A stretch of 64,000 bases of DNA, taken from Candidatus Thorarchaeota archaeon (lineage in GTDB: Archaea; Asgardarchaeota; Thorarchaeia; Thorarchaeales; Thorarchaeaceae). The notes under the pieces were generated by a model. The model saw only the letters and a program-made list of their open reading frames with translations. It was not told where the DNA came from and made no database searches. Shown here one piece after another: positions 7,847-18,600 of this stretch; the first letter of the stretch is position 1, and the number at the start of each line of letters is the position of its first letter. The position numbers and the translations under genes were made by a program. The stretch is taken from the NCBI GenBank assembly GCA_016839275.1, contig JAEOUM010000064.1, positions 6,470 to 70,469 of the forward strand, given 5' to 3'.

Positions 7847-9961
7847 TTGATGATTATCACAGAAAAACCGACAGCGGCGAAAAGGATTGCTGCTGCACTT
7901 GATGCTGCGAAATCGCCGGAGGAAATCAAGAAAGGAAAAATAGCATATTATGAATGTAGGAGAGGTGATGACGAGCTCGTTGTCGTGTATGCTCTAGGAC
8001 ACCTGTTTGAGCTTCAACAGGTTGAGAAGGGCTGGACCTACCCACGTCTGGAGAGTAAATGGGTTCCTAAGTATGAAGTGGACAAGAAAGCAACCAATAT
8101 CAAGCCAATTATCAATCTTATTCAAAAACTCTCCAAGGATATTGATGAATTCATTATTGCCACAGATTATGATATTGAGGGCAGTCTGATTGGATATCTT
8201 ACTCTAAAACTTGCATGCAAAGCTGATCCGATGAAGGCACACCGAATGCTATTCTCATCTTTAACAGATGCGGACTTAGAACAGGCGTATTCCTCTAAGG
8301 GGGGGTTAGATTTCCCGGTGATTGAAGCAGGCCATGTTCGCCATGAAGTGGACTGGTTATATGGTATCAATATGACCAGAGCACTTACTCTCTCGATTAA
8401 GAAAGTGGCGGGTTGGTTTAAGGTGGTTTCAACAGGACGCGTTCAAGGGCCAACCTTATCATTCGTCGCTGAGAGGGAGAGATTGATCAATCTCTTTGTA
8501 CCAACACCATTCTGGACAATTCATACGATTGGTAACCATAAAGGGAATGAGATGGATTTGGAGTATTTCAAAAAGCAGCTCTCATCAAGACAGGATGCCA
8601 ATAGAATAGTGGATGAATTAATTGGGCAAGATGCAACTGTGGACTCGCTAAATCAACGCACAGTCACCCAACAACCACATCCACCCTTCAATTTAAGTTC
8701 ACTTCAGGCTGAAGCCTACAAGCATTTTGGATTCAAACCTAGCCGGACACTTGCTATTGCGCAGAGTCTCTATCTTGATGCTCTAATCTCGTATCCAAGA
8801 ACGAATAGTGAAATGCTCCCACCCACGCTGGACATCAAGGGAATACTCACCGGATTGGGAGGTATGAAAGACTATGCCCAGATGGCAAAGTCCATTTTGA
8901 GAGGAAATCTTGTACCAGTTCAAGGAAAGAAAACAGATCCTGCACATCCTTCTATACATCCTACAGGAGAGAAACCGACCAAACAACTCTCTCCAAGCGA
9001 CAAGAAAGTCTATGATCTTATTGTACGACGGTTTCTTTCACTCTTTGGAGAACCAATGATCAAGAATCATCTAAGAGCAGATATCACATGTGGCATTCAC
9101 AAGTTGTACACAAGAGGGCTCCAAATTGTGAAACGAGGATGGTCAGAGTTCTATGGTCCATATTTCAAAGCTGAGGAAAAGACTCTTCCCAATATTAAGC
9201 AGGGAGAAACGATTCAACTTGTATCTGTGGACTTTGAGAATAAGTATACACAAGGTCCGCCACGTTTCAATCCTGCAAGTCTCCTCAAACTTCTAGAAAA
9301 AGAGAATCTTGGAACAAAAGCAACAAGATCAAGCATTGTGGATTCAGTGAAATCGAGAGGATATACACAAGGGGACAAGTTCGAACTCTCCACGCTTGGC
9401 TTTGCAGTATTCGAGACCTTGGCTCAGTATATACCAGATATACTCTCGCCAAGGATGACAAGACAACTGGAAATAGAGATGGATAATATTCAGGAAGGTA
9501 CCGAGAAACGAGAGAATGTTATCAAAGTAGCAAAGACACGTCTTCTCAGTTATCTTGAGGAGTTCAAGAACAAAGAGGATCAGATTGGGGAAACCTTAGT
9601 CAATGGACTTCAGAGATATTGGAAAGACACAGAGGAACTAGGACCTTGTCCAAAGTGTGATGATGGAATTTTGAGAGTTGTGAGGTCTCCAAAGTCAGGA
9701 AAACGGTTTGTAGGATGTTCCAACTATAAGGAAGGAAAGTGCGATCAAACATTCCCGTTACCTCAGAGGGGAACAATCTCGCCCATGGAAGGTATGTGTC
9801 CGTATTGTGATCATAGAATGATAAAAGTCGTTTCCGGAAGGAGATCGTGGACAACGTGCATTAATTGGTCAAGATGCCCAGGAAGACAGGAGGACCTCAA
9901 GGCATTGGATGAAAGAAGAAGTAAGAAGAAGGTTGATGAGACCGGAGGTCAGGAGTCTTGA
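7847..9961 (+). CDS. topA: DNA topoisomerase IA (TopA / Topo III-like) with C-terminal zinc ribbons
   Basis: Toprim N-terminus (IITEKPTAAKRIA, ATDYDIEGSLIG), SYPRT active-site Tyr context, and two C-terminal CxxC...C ribbons. ATG at 7850 is probably the real start. Confidence 0.9.
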   Translation: MMIITEKPTAAKRIAAALDAAKSPEEIKKGKIAYYECRRGDDELVVVYALGHLFELQQVEKGWTYPRLESKWVPKYEVDKKATNIKPIINLIQKLSKDIDEFIIATDYDIEGSLIGYLTLKLACKADPMKAHRMLFSSLTDADLEQAYSSKGGLDFPVIEAGHVRHEVDWLYGINMTRALTLSIKKVAGWFKVVSTGRVQGPTLSFVAERERLINLFVPTPFWTIHTIGNHKGNEMDLEYFKKQLSSRQDANRIVDELIGQDATVDSLNQRTVTQQPHPPFNLSSLQAEAYKHFGFKPSRTLAIAQSLYLDALISYPRTNSEMLPPTLDIKGILTGLGGMKDYAQMAKSILRGNLVPVQGKKTDPAHPSIHPTGEKPTKQLSPSDKKVYDLIVRRFLSLFGEPMIKNHLRADITCGIHKLYTRGLQIVKRGWSEFYGPYFKAEEKTLPNIKQGETIQLVSVDFENKYTQGPPRFNPASLLKLLEKENLGTKATRSSIVDSVKSRGYTQGDKFELSTLGFAVFETLAQYIPDILSPRMTRQLEIEMDNIQEGTEKRENVIKVAKTRLLSYLEEFKNKEDQIGETLVNGLQRYWKDTEELGPCPKCDDGILRVVRSPKSGKRFVGCSNYKEGKCDQTFPLPQRGTISPMEGMCPYCDHRMIKVVSGRRSWTTCINWSRCPGRQEDLKALDERRSKKKVDETGGQES

Positions 9962-10179
9962 GAGATTGTAAAATCTGTGGTCGCAAGAGCGGTGATGAAG
10001 AGCTCTGTGAGTACCATCAATCAGCTCTCACCAATCTCAAGTCTGCCTACGAAATCTGGTCTGAGGCAGAAGAACATCTGGCCTGGGAGGAATATATCAA
10101 ACAGGTAAACGAGCTTGAGGAAACTGGTCGATGGGTCAAAGAGATAATTGAAAATATCATGTCACAAAATGGTTCCTGA
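9958..10179 (+). CDS. Small hypothetical protein with an N-terminal CxxC...CxxH knuckle
   Basis: 73 aa. The TTG start overlaps the topA stop (TTGA). I recognise no family. Confidence 0.35.
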   Translation: MRDCKICGRKSGDEELCEYHQSALTNLKSAYEIWSEAEEHLAWEEYIKQVNELEETGRWVKEIIENIMSQNGS

Positions 10180-10501
10180 GCAGAAACACTATTTCAAGCA
10201 TGATTTCACGGTTCATCTGGGTGAGTCCTATGACTATCATACAGGTGCGATTTGTCCAAGATGCAACTCGTTCAGCCACAGTGCGTACAAGAGCGTTATC
10301 AAGACCCGTTGAGAAGAGTCCGGTTGATGTGGGTTCCGTGCTTCCCTGACCTGGAGGAATTGCTACAGCAGAGAGGCCAAGCCGGAACCGCTCTTTATCA
10401 GATATTAAAATAATAAGCCCATTCTCAAGATTTAGAATCCGTACACGGACTGTACCAATACTGGTTTCTGATGAGAATTCGGACATGTCTTCGAATTCCA
10501 T
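10157..10501 (-). CDS. Hypothetical protein, possibly proteasome assembly chaperone 4 (PAC4)-like
   Basis: 114 aa. ...PTSTGLFSTGLDNALVRTVAERVASWTNRTCMIVIGL resembles the PAC4 core ...TTSTGLAQRLARKTNKQVFVSYNL, which I recall from memory. The assignment is tentative. Confidence 0.3.
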   Translation of the reverse strand: MEFEDMSEFSSETSIGTVRVRILNLENGLIILISDKERFRLGLSAVAIPPGQGSTEPTSTGLFSTGLDNALVRTVAERVASWTNRTCMIVIGLTQMNREIMLEIVFLLRNHFVT

Positions 10502-10603
10502 TAAAGGTCACAGGTCCTTCAGAGAGGCACTTGGTTAAATCAATACCGAAACCTAAAGCAACATGGTTATCTAGCTCAACGACCGACTGACCTTTGGCAT
10601 CCC

Positions 10604-12541
10604 ATGACTGATTACGCTTCCAGATATTCAGCGTACTTTCCATATCCTCTGCCTCGACAGGGACAGAGTGAAATGATGATGAAAATCGAAACTGCTGTCT
10701 ATGCTGGTGTGAATATATGTGCAGAAGCACCCAATGGTTTTGGAAAGACTTGTGTGACATTGAGTGCTATTCTTCCTTGGGTGAAGGAGAATTCGGGGAA
10801 GATACTCTATTGTGCAAGAACCCACAGACAACTAGACCGTGTCATGGATGAGATGCAGGAAATATCACAAAAACAGGACGTGTCTGGGGTTTCATTCCGT
10901 GGAAGACGCCACATGTGTCTAAACCAATTCGTTTTGGAGAATGCTGATTTTGTAGCTCCCATAAGTGAAGTCTGCGGTCAGTTGAAAGCCACTGGAAGAT
11001 GCTCATACTATGAGAAATTAAAGAAAGCGGGAGATTCTGAGGATCTTTTAGCAGACCTGCCTAGGAAGGTATTAACAGCTCCTGAGATTGTAAAAATAGC
11101 AGAAAGTAGGTCAATGTGCCCATATGAGATGGCAAAACGTCTAGCAAAAGTTGTTGATGTTGTGGCACTCTCATACTTGTATGTGTTTGATCCTTGGATA
11201 CTTGATGTGTTCATTCCCGAACTCGGAACATCTCCATCAAAGATGATTCTTGTCCAAGATGAGGCACATAATGTTCCTGCAACAGCCTTAGATTCCGCAA
11301 GTGACTCGCTTACAGTTAGGGTAGTTAGACAAGCAACGAGGGAGGTTGGTGATGGGCCATACAAGGATACGACCTCTTTTGAGTTCTGTCGAGCTCTTAC
11401 GAGGAAGATGCTAGAGTTCACAGGGACTATGAAGGAAAACGAGGAGAAGATAGTTAATCCTCGGGAGATCATTGATTCAGTTGTTTCAATTGCTGGATTA
11501 GACTCAGTTGATAGGACACTTCACCACATGAAAGAACACGGAGCTGAGATCAAGAAAAGCCTGTTAAAAGCAGGCAAGTTTCCTCGTTCTTCCATTCACA
11601 GGGTGGGCGACTTTCTTTTAGAGTGGATGAAATATTCACAGAAAGAAGACTTTGCTTTTCTTCTAGTGAACTCAACAGAGAGTGGTGGGGGCAAACGAGT
11701 ATCTCTTGATCGTGTTGCATTGAATCCAACCTCTGTGACAAAACCAATACTAGGGATGATTCATAGTTCGGTGGCTGTGTCTGGAACAATGTCACCATTA
11801 GATGCCTATACAGAGATGTTGGGACTAGGTCCGGATGCAGTCAAGACTACGTTCCAAAGTCCATTTGCTATGAAGAATAGACTGGGCTTGATTGTTCATG
11901 GTCTAGATACATCCTTTCAGAACAGAAGTAATTCGATGTATGAGAAGATTGTGGGCCATTGTTCAGCGGTTGCACGTTCTACACCAGGAAATACGGGGAT
12001 ATTCACCTCGAGTTATTCGATTGCTAGGTTTCTCATTGATGCAGGACTAGAAAAACGGTTGAAGAGAAAGCTCTTCATCGAAAGACCGGGGATGAAAGGA
12101 ACAGAGAATGACAAAATGATTGAAGATTTCAGAAGTCGTGGGGAAAAGGGGGGTGCTGTATTATTAGGTGTTCAGGGAGGGCGTAACTCAGAAGGGGGAG
12201 ACTTTCCAGGACCAACAATGGAAAGTGTGGTGGTGGTGGGAGTGCCCTATGCAAAGCCGACTCCAAGAATGGAGGCACTCATTAATTATTATGACAAGGT
12301 TTTCAATCAAAAAGGGAGAGATTATGCATACGTCTTACCAGCAATGACAAGATCTATTCAGGCAGCAGGCAGGCCAGTTCGACGACTGGACGATAGGGGC
12401 GCAATTGTATTACTTGACCAGAGATTTGCAACACCTTACTTGTCAAGATTCATTCCTTCGTGGCTAAAAGAAACACTCCAAGTTGTACCGGACAATTCAG
12501 AAGTGGTTGCCCACCGGGTTGAAAGCTTCTTTATGACGTAG
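10604..12541 (+). CDS. xpd: XPD/Rad3-family 5'-3' DNA helicase with an FeS domain
   Basis: Walker A (AEAPNGFGKT), DEAH box (VQDEAHN), and four Cys of the FeS cluster domain (HMCLN, CGQLKATGRCSYY, CPYE). The C-terminal helicase motifs are also present. Confidence 0.9.
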   Translation: MTDYASRYSAYFPYPLPRQGQSEMMMKIETAVYAGVNICAEAPNGFGKTCVTLSAILPWVKENSGKILYCARTHRQLDRVMDEMQEISQKQDVSGVSFRGRRHMCLNQFVLENADFVAPISEVCGQLKATGRCSYYEKLKKAGDSEDLLADLPRKVLTAPEIVKIAESRSMCPYEMAKRLAKVVDVVALSYLYVFDPWILDVFIPELGTSPSKMILVQDEAHNVPATALDSASDSLTVRVVRQATREVGDGPYKDTTSFEFCRALTRKMLEFTGTMKENEEKIVNPREIIDSVVSIAGLDSVDRTLHHMKEHGAEIKKSLLKAGKFPRSSIHRVGDFLLEWMKYSQKEDFAFLLVNSTESGGGKRVSLDRVALNPTSVTKPILGMIHSSVAVSGTMSPLDAYTEMLGLGPDAVKTTFQSPFAMKNRLGLIVHGLDTSFQNRSNSMYEKIVGHCSAVARSTPGNTGIFTSSYSIARFLIDAGLEKRLKRKLFIERPGMKGTENDKMIEDFRSRGEKGGAVLLGVQGGRNSEGGDFPGPTMESVVVVGVPYAKPTPRMEALINYYDKVFNQKGRDYAYVLPAMTRSIQAAGRPVRRLDDRGAIVLLDQRFATPYLSRFIPSWLKETLQVVPDNSEVVAHRVESFFMT

Positions 12542-13301
12542 TTTGCATTATTATATCATCAAATGCCACTTCATCAAGAAGAATAGCGCGTGCTTCTGTT
12601 GAGGTTAGGACCTTTTTTCCCCTTGTCAAACGAATGACAAACTGCTTGATAGAACGAATATACCCGACCTTGGCTTCTAATAGTGTATCAGAGGGTATCA
12701 TTTTCCTCCCACTTCTTCCTGCAATTAATATTGCAGAAGACTCATCGGACCGTGCTCCGCTGGATATCGTTGTGTTCTTCTCGTTTATAAGTTCGATATC
12801 TAATTCTTGCGACTTGTGAAGAATTTCTCGTAAGAGTAATGTAGAGTAGAGCTTTGACCCGGTTCCCACTTTAACTATGCTTTGACACATTGGAAACAGG
12901 ATTTGAATATAGGTTATCAGACGACAAGAGAGTTCTACGACAGCGCTTGGAACAACAAGAGAGGTCTGGTATAACACAGAACCATCAACAACTAAGGCAA
13001 TTCCAGATGTCATACCAGGGTCTATACCAATGACTGCCTTTGAGGGGGTTTTAATCATCCTCAGTCTTGCTATCACCTCAATTCTGACAAAGTCCATGTC
13101 GAAGTTCTCTTGAACAAGTACAAGCCCTTCATGATGTTCAAAGCCACCCTCAACATCTGTAATAATTACCTGACTATGATTACACCGATTGTCAGTCGGG
13201 TAACAAATTACAAAATCAATACCCAATTTATTAAGAAGCTGGACTGCTTGATAGAGAATCAGAGGGTTTTCGGTGGCAATCGCAGCTTCCCATCTTCTCA
13301 T
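12531..13301 (-). CDS. Putative RNase H-fold nuclease, YqgF/RuvX-RuvC-like domain with an extra N-terminal domain
   Basis: VIGIDPGMTSGIALVVDG (GIDPG motif), INEKNTTISSG and DESSAILIA are reminiscent of the YqgF blocks. The start is trimmed to ATG 13301, because the long ORF would overlap radB. Confidence 0.4.
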   Translation of the reverse strand: MRRWEAAIATENPLILYQAVQLLNKLGIDFVICYPTDNRCNHSQVIITDVEGGFEHHEGLVLVQENFDMDFVRIEVIARLRMIKTPSKAVIGIDPGMTSGIALVVDGSVLYQTSLVVPSAVVELSCRLITYIQILFPMCQSIVKVGTGSKLYSTLLLREILHKSQELDIELINEKNTTISSGARSDESSAILIAGRSGRKMIPSDTLLEAKVGYIRSIKQFVIRLTRGKKVLTSTEARAILLDEVAFDDIIMQTTS

Positions 13302-13365
13302 CAATTCAATCCTTCTAGATACGCTTATCACTATGAGATGATGACAATCTTGCAGTGAGACGTTT

Positions 13366-14055
13366 TTGATTCTTCCGTCAGGGCTTTCCCTTCTTGATCG
13401 TATACTGAATGGCGGTCTCAGCACTGGAATTATTACCCATATCTATGGTGAGGCGGCATCGGGAAAAACAACTCTTGCACTGAAGTTCGTTAAAGAGCTC
13501 TCAAAGCTAGAATATGGTACTATATACATTAATTCTGAAAACACATCTCCTGTTGAGAGACTCCAGCAAATAACAGGCAAGACGTTCAAGGATCTTGAGT
13601 CACTTGTCAAGATATTGGCACCAAAGGGATTCAGTGAACAAGGAGTTTTACTCGAAGATCTTGAGTTATATATCAGAGATGACACAAAGATGGTTGTTAT
13701 TGACACTCTAACCAAGCACTATCGGCTCGCGCTTGAAGATAAGAAGACTAACTACTCAAACCATCGCGAACTTAATCGGCAGACTGGACTTTTAAAGGGA
13801 CTGGCTCAGAACTACGATATTGCAGTTCTAATCCTGAATCAGGTCACGGCGCGATTGCAGGGAGTGAATGATTTCGAACCAGTTGCAGGGAACATCATGG
13901 ACTACTGGTCGGATTATGTAATTAAGATGAGAATCGGAAGAACTCAAGGAGCACGAGTGTTGAAACGACTTATACCCGAAGGAGAAATTGTGGAGGGAGA
14001 ATTTTACCTAACAAACGAAGGTTTTTCGATGAATCTTGCCAGTGAGAAAGAGTGA
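13366..14055 (+). CDS. radB: RadB (short RecA/RadA paralogue)
   Basis: 229 aa with no N-terminal HhH domain. LLDRILNGGLSTGIITHIYGEAASGKT (Walker A) and Walker B (MVVIDTL). TTG start. Confidence 0.85.
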   Translation: MILPSGLSLLDRILNGGLSTGIITHIYGEAASGKTTLALKFVKELSKLEYGTIYINSENTSPVERLQQITGKTFKDLESLVKILAPKGFSEQGVLLEDLELYIRDDTKMVVIDTLTKHYRLALEDKKTNYSNHRELNRQTGLLKGLAQNYDIAVLILNQVTARLQGVNDFEPVAGNIMDYWSDYVIKMRIGRTQGARVLKRLIPEGEIVEGEFYLTNEGFSMNLASEKE

Positions 14056-14078
14056 AATTCAAATCGTAAACCGCTGAC

Positions 14079-14654
14079 ATGGAGTGCTGTTTGATGTATG
14101 AAGAACTAGCTCTTTTTGAGCTGGCAATTTGGGTTGGTTTGCCCGCATGGATAGCCAATGCGACACCTGTACTTGGGGGCGGTGGAAATCCTATCGATGG
14201 AGGTCGTTATTTCCGAGACGGCCGCAGATTATTAGGGAATGGAAAGACCATACGAGGATTTATTGTTGGAATCATCTTTGGAACCCTGACCGGATTGGGA
14301 CAGTTCATCATAGCTCCATATCTTCGACCGTTCCTAGCAATGTTTGTCACAGTGACACCTGAAATGGACTATGTACTCTTCATGCAAGTGCCAGTAGCAA
14401 TCCTGATGTCTTTTGGTGCATTGACAGGAGATCTTGTAGGGTCATTCATAAAAAGAAGAGTCAATGTTGAAAGCGGAGATCCATCACCCTTCATGGACCA
14501 ATTAGGATTCATTATCATGGCACTAATCTTTGCTGCTCCCATATTCGATCCAGGGGCAATATTCGTTACTATTCTAATAATTACAACTTTCTTCATTCAT
14601 TGGGTGAGTAATGCATTAGGATATCTTCTTGGGTTAAAGAAACATCCATGGTGA
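14079..14654 (+). CDS. carS: CDP-archaeol synthase (CarS, DUF46 family)
   Basis: LPAWIANATPVLGGGGNPIDGGRYFRDGRRLLGNGKTIRGFIVG and GDLVGSFIKRR match the CarS signature. It is a polytopic membrane protein. Confidence 0.75.
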   Translation: MECCLMYEELALFELAIWVGLPAWIANATPVLGGGGNPIDGGRYFRDGRRLLGNGKTIRGFIVGIIFGTLTGLGQFIIAPYLRPFLAMFVTVTPEMDYVLFMQVPVAILMSFGALTGDLVGSFIKRRVNVESGDPSPFMDQLGFIIMALIFAAPIFDPGAIFVTILIITTFFIHWVSNALGYLLGLKKHPW

Positions 14655-14753
14655 GAGAGTAACAAGAAAATAGCTGTTTAAGGATAAACATAAAAGGTGA
14701 CCAAAGAAATATGATATCGACAACAGATTCATGGTTTAGACCCATAGGTTTCC

Positions 14754-15662
14754 ATGGGCTGTGAGTCTTCTAGAACTTCTATCAAAACCGGAGTCATCAC
14801 AACAATGATGGTCAAAGACTGCATGCAATCTGACGTGATATACGTTTCAGTACCAGGCACCCGAGACGATGTTCTCCAGCTAATGGCAGAGAAACAAATT
14901 AACGGAGTTCCCGTTGTAAAGAAGGGAACCAAGAGCTTAGTTGGTATTGTGACTAGGACGGATCTTCTGAAGAAGGCTGATGAGAACCAGCTAGCCATGT
15001 TGATGGTTAGAGACCCTATTACGGTAAGTCCCAGAACAGATTTGAGAACAGCGACAAAAATCATGATTGATAAGGATTATAGAAGACTTCCTGTCGTTGA
15101 AAAGGATGAGCTAGTTGGACTAATTTCTATACCGGACATCTTGGGAGCAGTTCTTGAGGATGATGACAAAATTGGTTCGAGGGAGATTTCAGAGTATATC
15201 TCGAAGGAGATAACTGCAGTCTGGGACCAGACACCGCTACATCTCACATATATGATAATGGATATGGCTGGAAAGAATTCTCTTGTTCTAATTAATGAAG
15301 GCGGCGGTGTGTCGGGGATGATTACTGTGAGTGATTATATTCGTCTTTCAGAGGTCACTGTTGAAGACAATATATCGAAAACATTCAGTGGACAGGACAA
15401 TACTGTTGAGTGGGGTTGGACTTCAAAGGACTTCCTTGTAGTCACCAAGAAACTGCTTAAGTTGCCAAATATTCCAGTAGCAGAGGCAATGACAAAGAAC
15501 ATTATTAGTATAAGCGAGATAGCTACAATTTCTGAGCTTGTCAAAACACTCCGTGAAGAAGAAATTGATCAAGTCCCTGTCCTCGACGTAGCTGGGAATT
15601 TAGCGGGAATGATAGAGGACAAATCTCTCTTGAAACTAGCACTTGATGCTCAGTCTGAGTAG
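14754..15662 (+). CDS. CBS-domain protein (four CBS repeats)
   Basis: Repeated GIVTRTDLL / GLISIPDIL / GMITVSDY / GMIEDKSLL CBS-pair motifs. The true start may be the internal MMVKDCM. Confidence 0.8.
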   Translation: MGCESSRTSIKTGVITTMMVKDCMQSDVIYVSVPGTRDDVLQLMAEKQINGVPVVKKGTKSLVGIVTRTDLLKKADENQLAMLMVRDPITVSPRTDLRTATKIMIDKDYRRLPVVEKDELVGLISIPDILGAVLEDDDKIGSREISEYISKEITAVWDQTPLHLTYMIMDMAGKNSLVLINEGGGVSGMITVSDYIRLSEVTVEDNISKTFSGQDNTVEWGWTSKDFLVVTKKLLKLPNIPVAEAMTKNIISISEIATISELVKTLREEEIDQVPVLDVAGNLAGMIEDKSLLKLALDAQSE

Positions 15663-18600
15663 TCATCAAAGAAATCAGTGAGAGAAGTCTGTTCAGAAAC
15701 AAAGAGCGAATCCATTGAGCTATTAATGAGTTTCAACCGTTCTTGCATGTACTGATCGAGTCCATGATCATGGATGATTTTCTCTGTTACAGCTAAATAC
15801 TTGGAGATGTTCCGTTGCCTGACCGTGAGCGATAATCGAGCCTCACCACAAATACACTTCCCAGAGAGTGGTACTCGGCGGTAGATTCGATTACATTTCA
15901 TACATCGGAATTTCTGTGTAGAATAGGCACGAAGATTCCCTCGAATATCTCTGAAGAAATGAGTGGATAAGACCCTCTGAGCAACATCCTGTGAGTCAAC
16001 CGCAGCGATTAGCGTGGCAAGCCTAAGCTGAGCCTCGAGTTTATCGTCCATTGTATTGAGTAACTTATAACGAGAATTTCTTGGTCCTATATCAAATGTG
16101 GTCGTACTATGCGTAAACCCAAATCCCTCATATTGCGCTGGTGTATTGAGACGGGTTGCAACAATATCAACCAGTTTTTTGACGGTATTAGGATGTTGTG
16201 CATGTGCGACCAGATCATAGAATCTCGCAGGATAACGCCTACAGACTTCCATGTTATGGCTCTCATCATCAACCTCTTTGGGGTTTAGAATTACAGAGAG
16301 AACAAGAGGAGCATCCATTAGACCACCACGACCTGCAGGCAGATAATGTTTAGAGAAGTTCAAGAGAGCATCAAGAACTAGGATTAAAGCATCCTCATCG
16401 CCATCACAATTCCTTCGTTTTGCAGCATGCCAATAAGGATGAGCAAAACAGACACTAGAATTTGTGAATCCGATTATTCTGCCGATTATTCCTGCAGAGG
16501 TATGTGGAGCAAGTCCAATGACTAACTGCCCCACGATATCCTCTTGAGAATTTAGATGATAATACCTCTTCTGACCATAGATTTTCTCTAAACAATCATC
16601 AACAAACCTTCCCACCCGTAAAAGATAGTCTCCGCATTTTTCCGACACTATGATATCTTGAACTTTTAGTTCTACGATCTGGTCGTCTGAAGTGAGTGGT
16701 GCTCCATCATAGTCTGTGACGTACCCCAATTCTCTAAGGCGACTGATTGATACGCCAATCTCCTTCGGTGTGAAATGGGTCATCGGAGCATCTGTGGCAT
16801 CAAATCGAGCTGTGCCATCTCTGTAACAATACACATCATGCTTTGCACGAAGAATACCCTTCCCTAGATACTCTGGAATCTTATTGTTATTAGTAAGACC
16901 CAGGACTCCTCTGAGTCCATGTGTTTCAAACTCACCAACCTCAACCTTAGCTCGATCGAGTTCTAGTTTCAAATCTACTGAGAGTATTTTTGTCGTCATA
17001 TGCTTCGGATTCAGGTGTGTACTAATTGGGCACCTATTAGTTACGGGATCAATAATACGACCGCATCCCTCTTCTGCGCATCGTGCTTCTATTTCTGTAT
17101 GAGTGCCACATTCTGAGCATCTTGACTCGTAAGTTTTGTACCCACATTTAGGACAGGCTCTAGTCACAAGCTCAACTTCCACACCAGAAACTTCAGGTGA
17201 TATCTCGCTGTTGTAATTAGCTTCATCGAAGGAGTCTAGTGTGGAGATGTACTGAACATTCTTGGCAACCTCTTCCATTCTTCTCTCTGTACCTTTGGAA
17301 CGACCAACTGGGAATAGAACTTGAACTGGAGGTTTCATCTTCCGTGCTTCAGCTTTCTCAGGTCGCCCCATCCTAGCACCAATCGAAAAACCATTTTTGT
17401 CCCTGAGTTGTACTTGTGAAACCGAGTTAAGAAAATCAAGAGCCGTTTCCCCTTTTGGCTGCTTTGACGTGTTTCCAATTTGTGCTAAAATAACGATTGG
17501 TTCATCTGTTAGAACTATTTTTTTCTTATCTTTTGTAAACCTGTGTGGAATACCTACTTTTTCAAGAAGAGATTTCAGGGATTTATCGGAGGGGAGGACT
17601 ATCCGTTCTCCTTCAGCTGTCGTTTCAGTTTCATATGTACTAAGCAGCCAATCACGAAGGCCTTGTAGCTCTTTTACGGAGAGGACAGTCCACCTATAGA
17701 GGTAAAATGGATGGAAAGGCACCTTTAGTTTCTTAGATAGATGAAAAGCTTGAGTGGGAGAAGGAATGTGAGCGAGAGGAGATTCGATGAACTTGTTAAT
17801 ATCTTCCGCAGTGAGACCAGATTTAGTCAGTTTTTTTGTCAGTTGTATTTTTGTGATGGAAGAGATTGCGTGTTCGAGATCATGAGACCACCATTCTTCA
17901 CAATAACCTGATGGAACAAGCGGATGATTGTTTTCTATAAATTCACCTAATGCAACAAGTATATCACCCAAGAAGAGAATCTTCTTTACTTTACCCTCGA
18001 GACCACGGGCATCATCTAGACGTGAGAATCGAGTGACAGAGCCATCCTTAAAGAGTACGATTGGGCCTTCAATAGTATCAACGGGAGCAACAATTGATCC
18101 CTTTCCAGGACGTTCAGTACGAATATGAGTTCCAGTCGCTAAGAATTCTTCAAGGAGATACATGGTAGCTGGATGAATTCCCACACCTGCCAAGCCCGTA
18201 TTTCGAGACCGTCCATACCTCAACCTGAAGCCACCGGGTCTGGACGGATGCGAGAAAACGGGTCTTCCACCAATCACATCGGACAGATAATCATACTTGG
18301 GTTCAAGTTTTTTATCCGCAGTATCTTCATCTTCTAGGGCTTTTGCCTTGGATATTCTTGCAGCCAGTTCATCCAACCATTCCCAACCCTTGATGTTCGC
18401 GTCGTGAACGATTTTTGCTAACTTCGTAGCTCTTCCTACAACTCCATCGCTCAAGACGAGGACAGACCCCCCGCGCACGCGATTTGTTTCAATGCGGTCC
18501 AAATCTCTGCTACCTGATACCTCAAACTCTTCGGTGGGCTCTCCAGTCAGCATGATGGGTAGTCTTTCTGCTGCGAAACGAATAAGGTCTGGGTGAACTG

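Noticed and set aside
10425-10760. 111-aa minus-strand ORF
   Set aside because: It overlaps both the XPD start region (antisense) and the 10157-10501 gene in another frame, and has no motifs.
12531-13424. Long version (297 aa) of the YqgF-like gene
   Set aside because: The first 41 codons would overlap the radB start on the opposite strand. ATG 13301 leaves a sensible 64-bp divergent promoter spacer.
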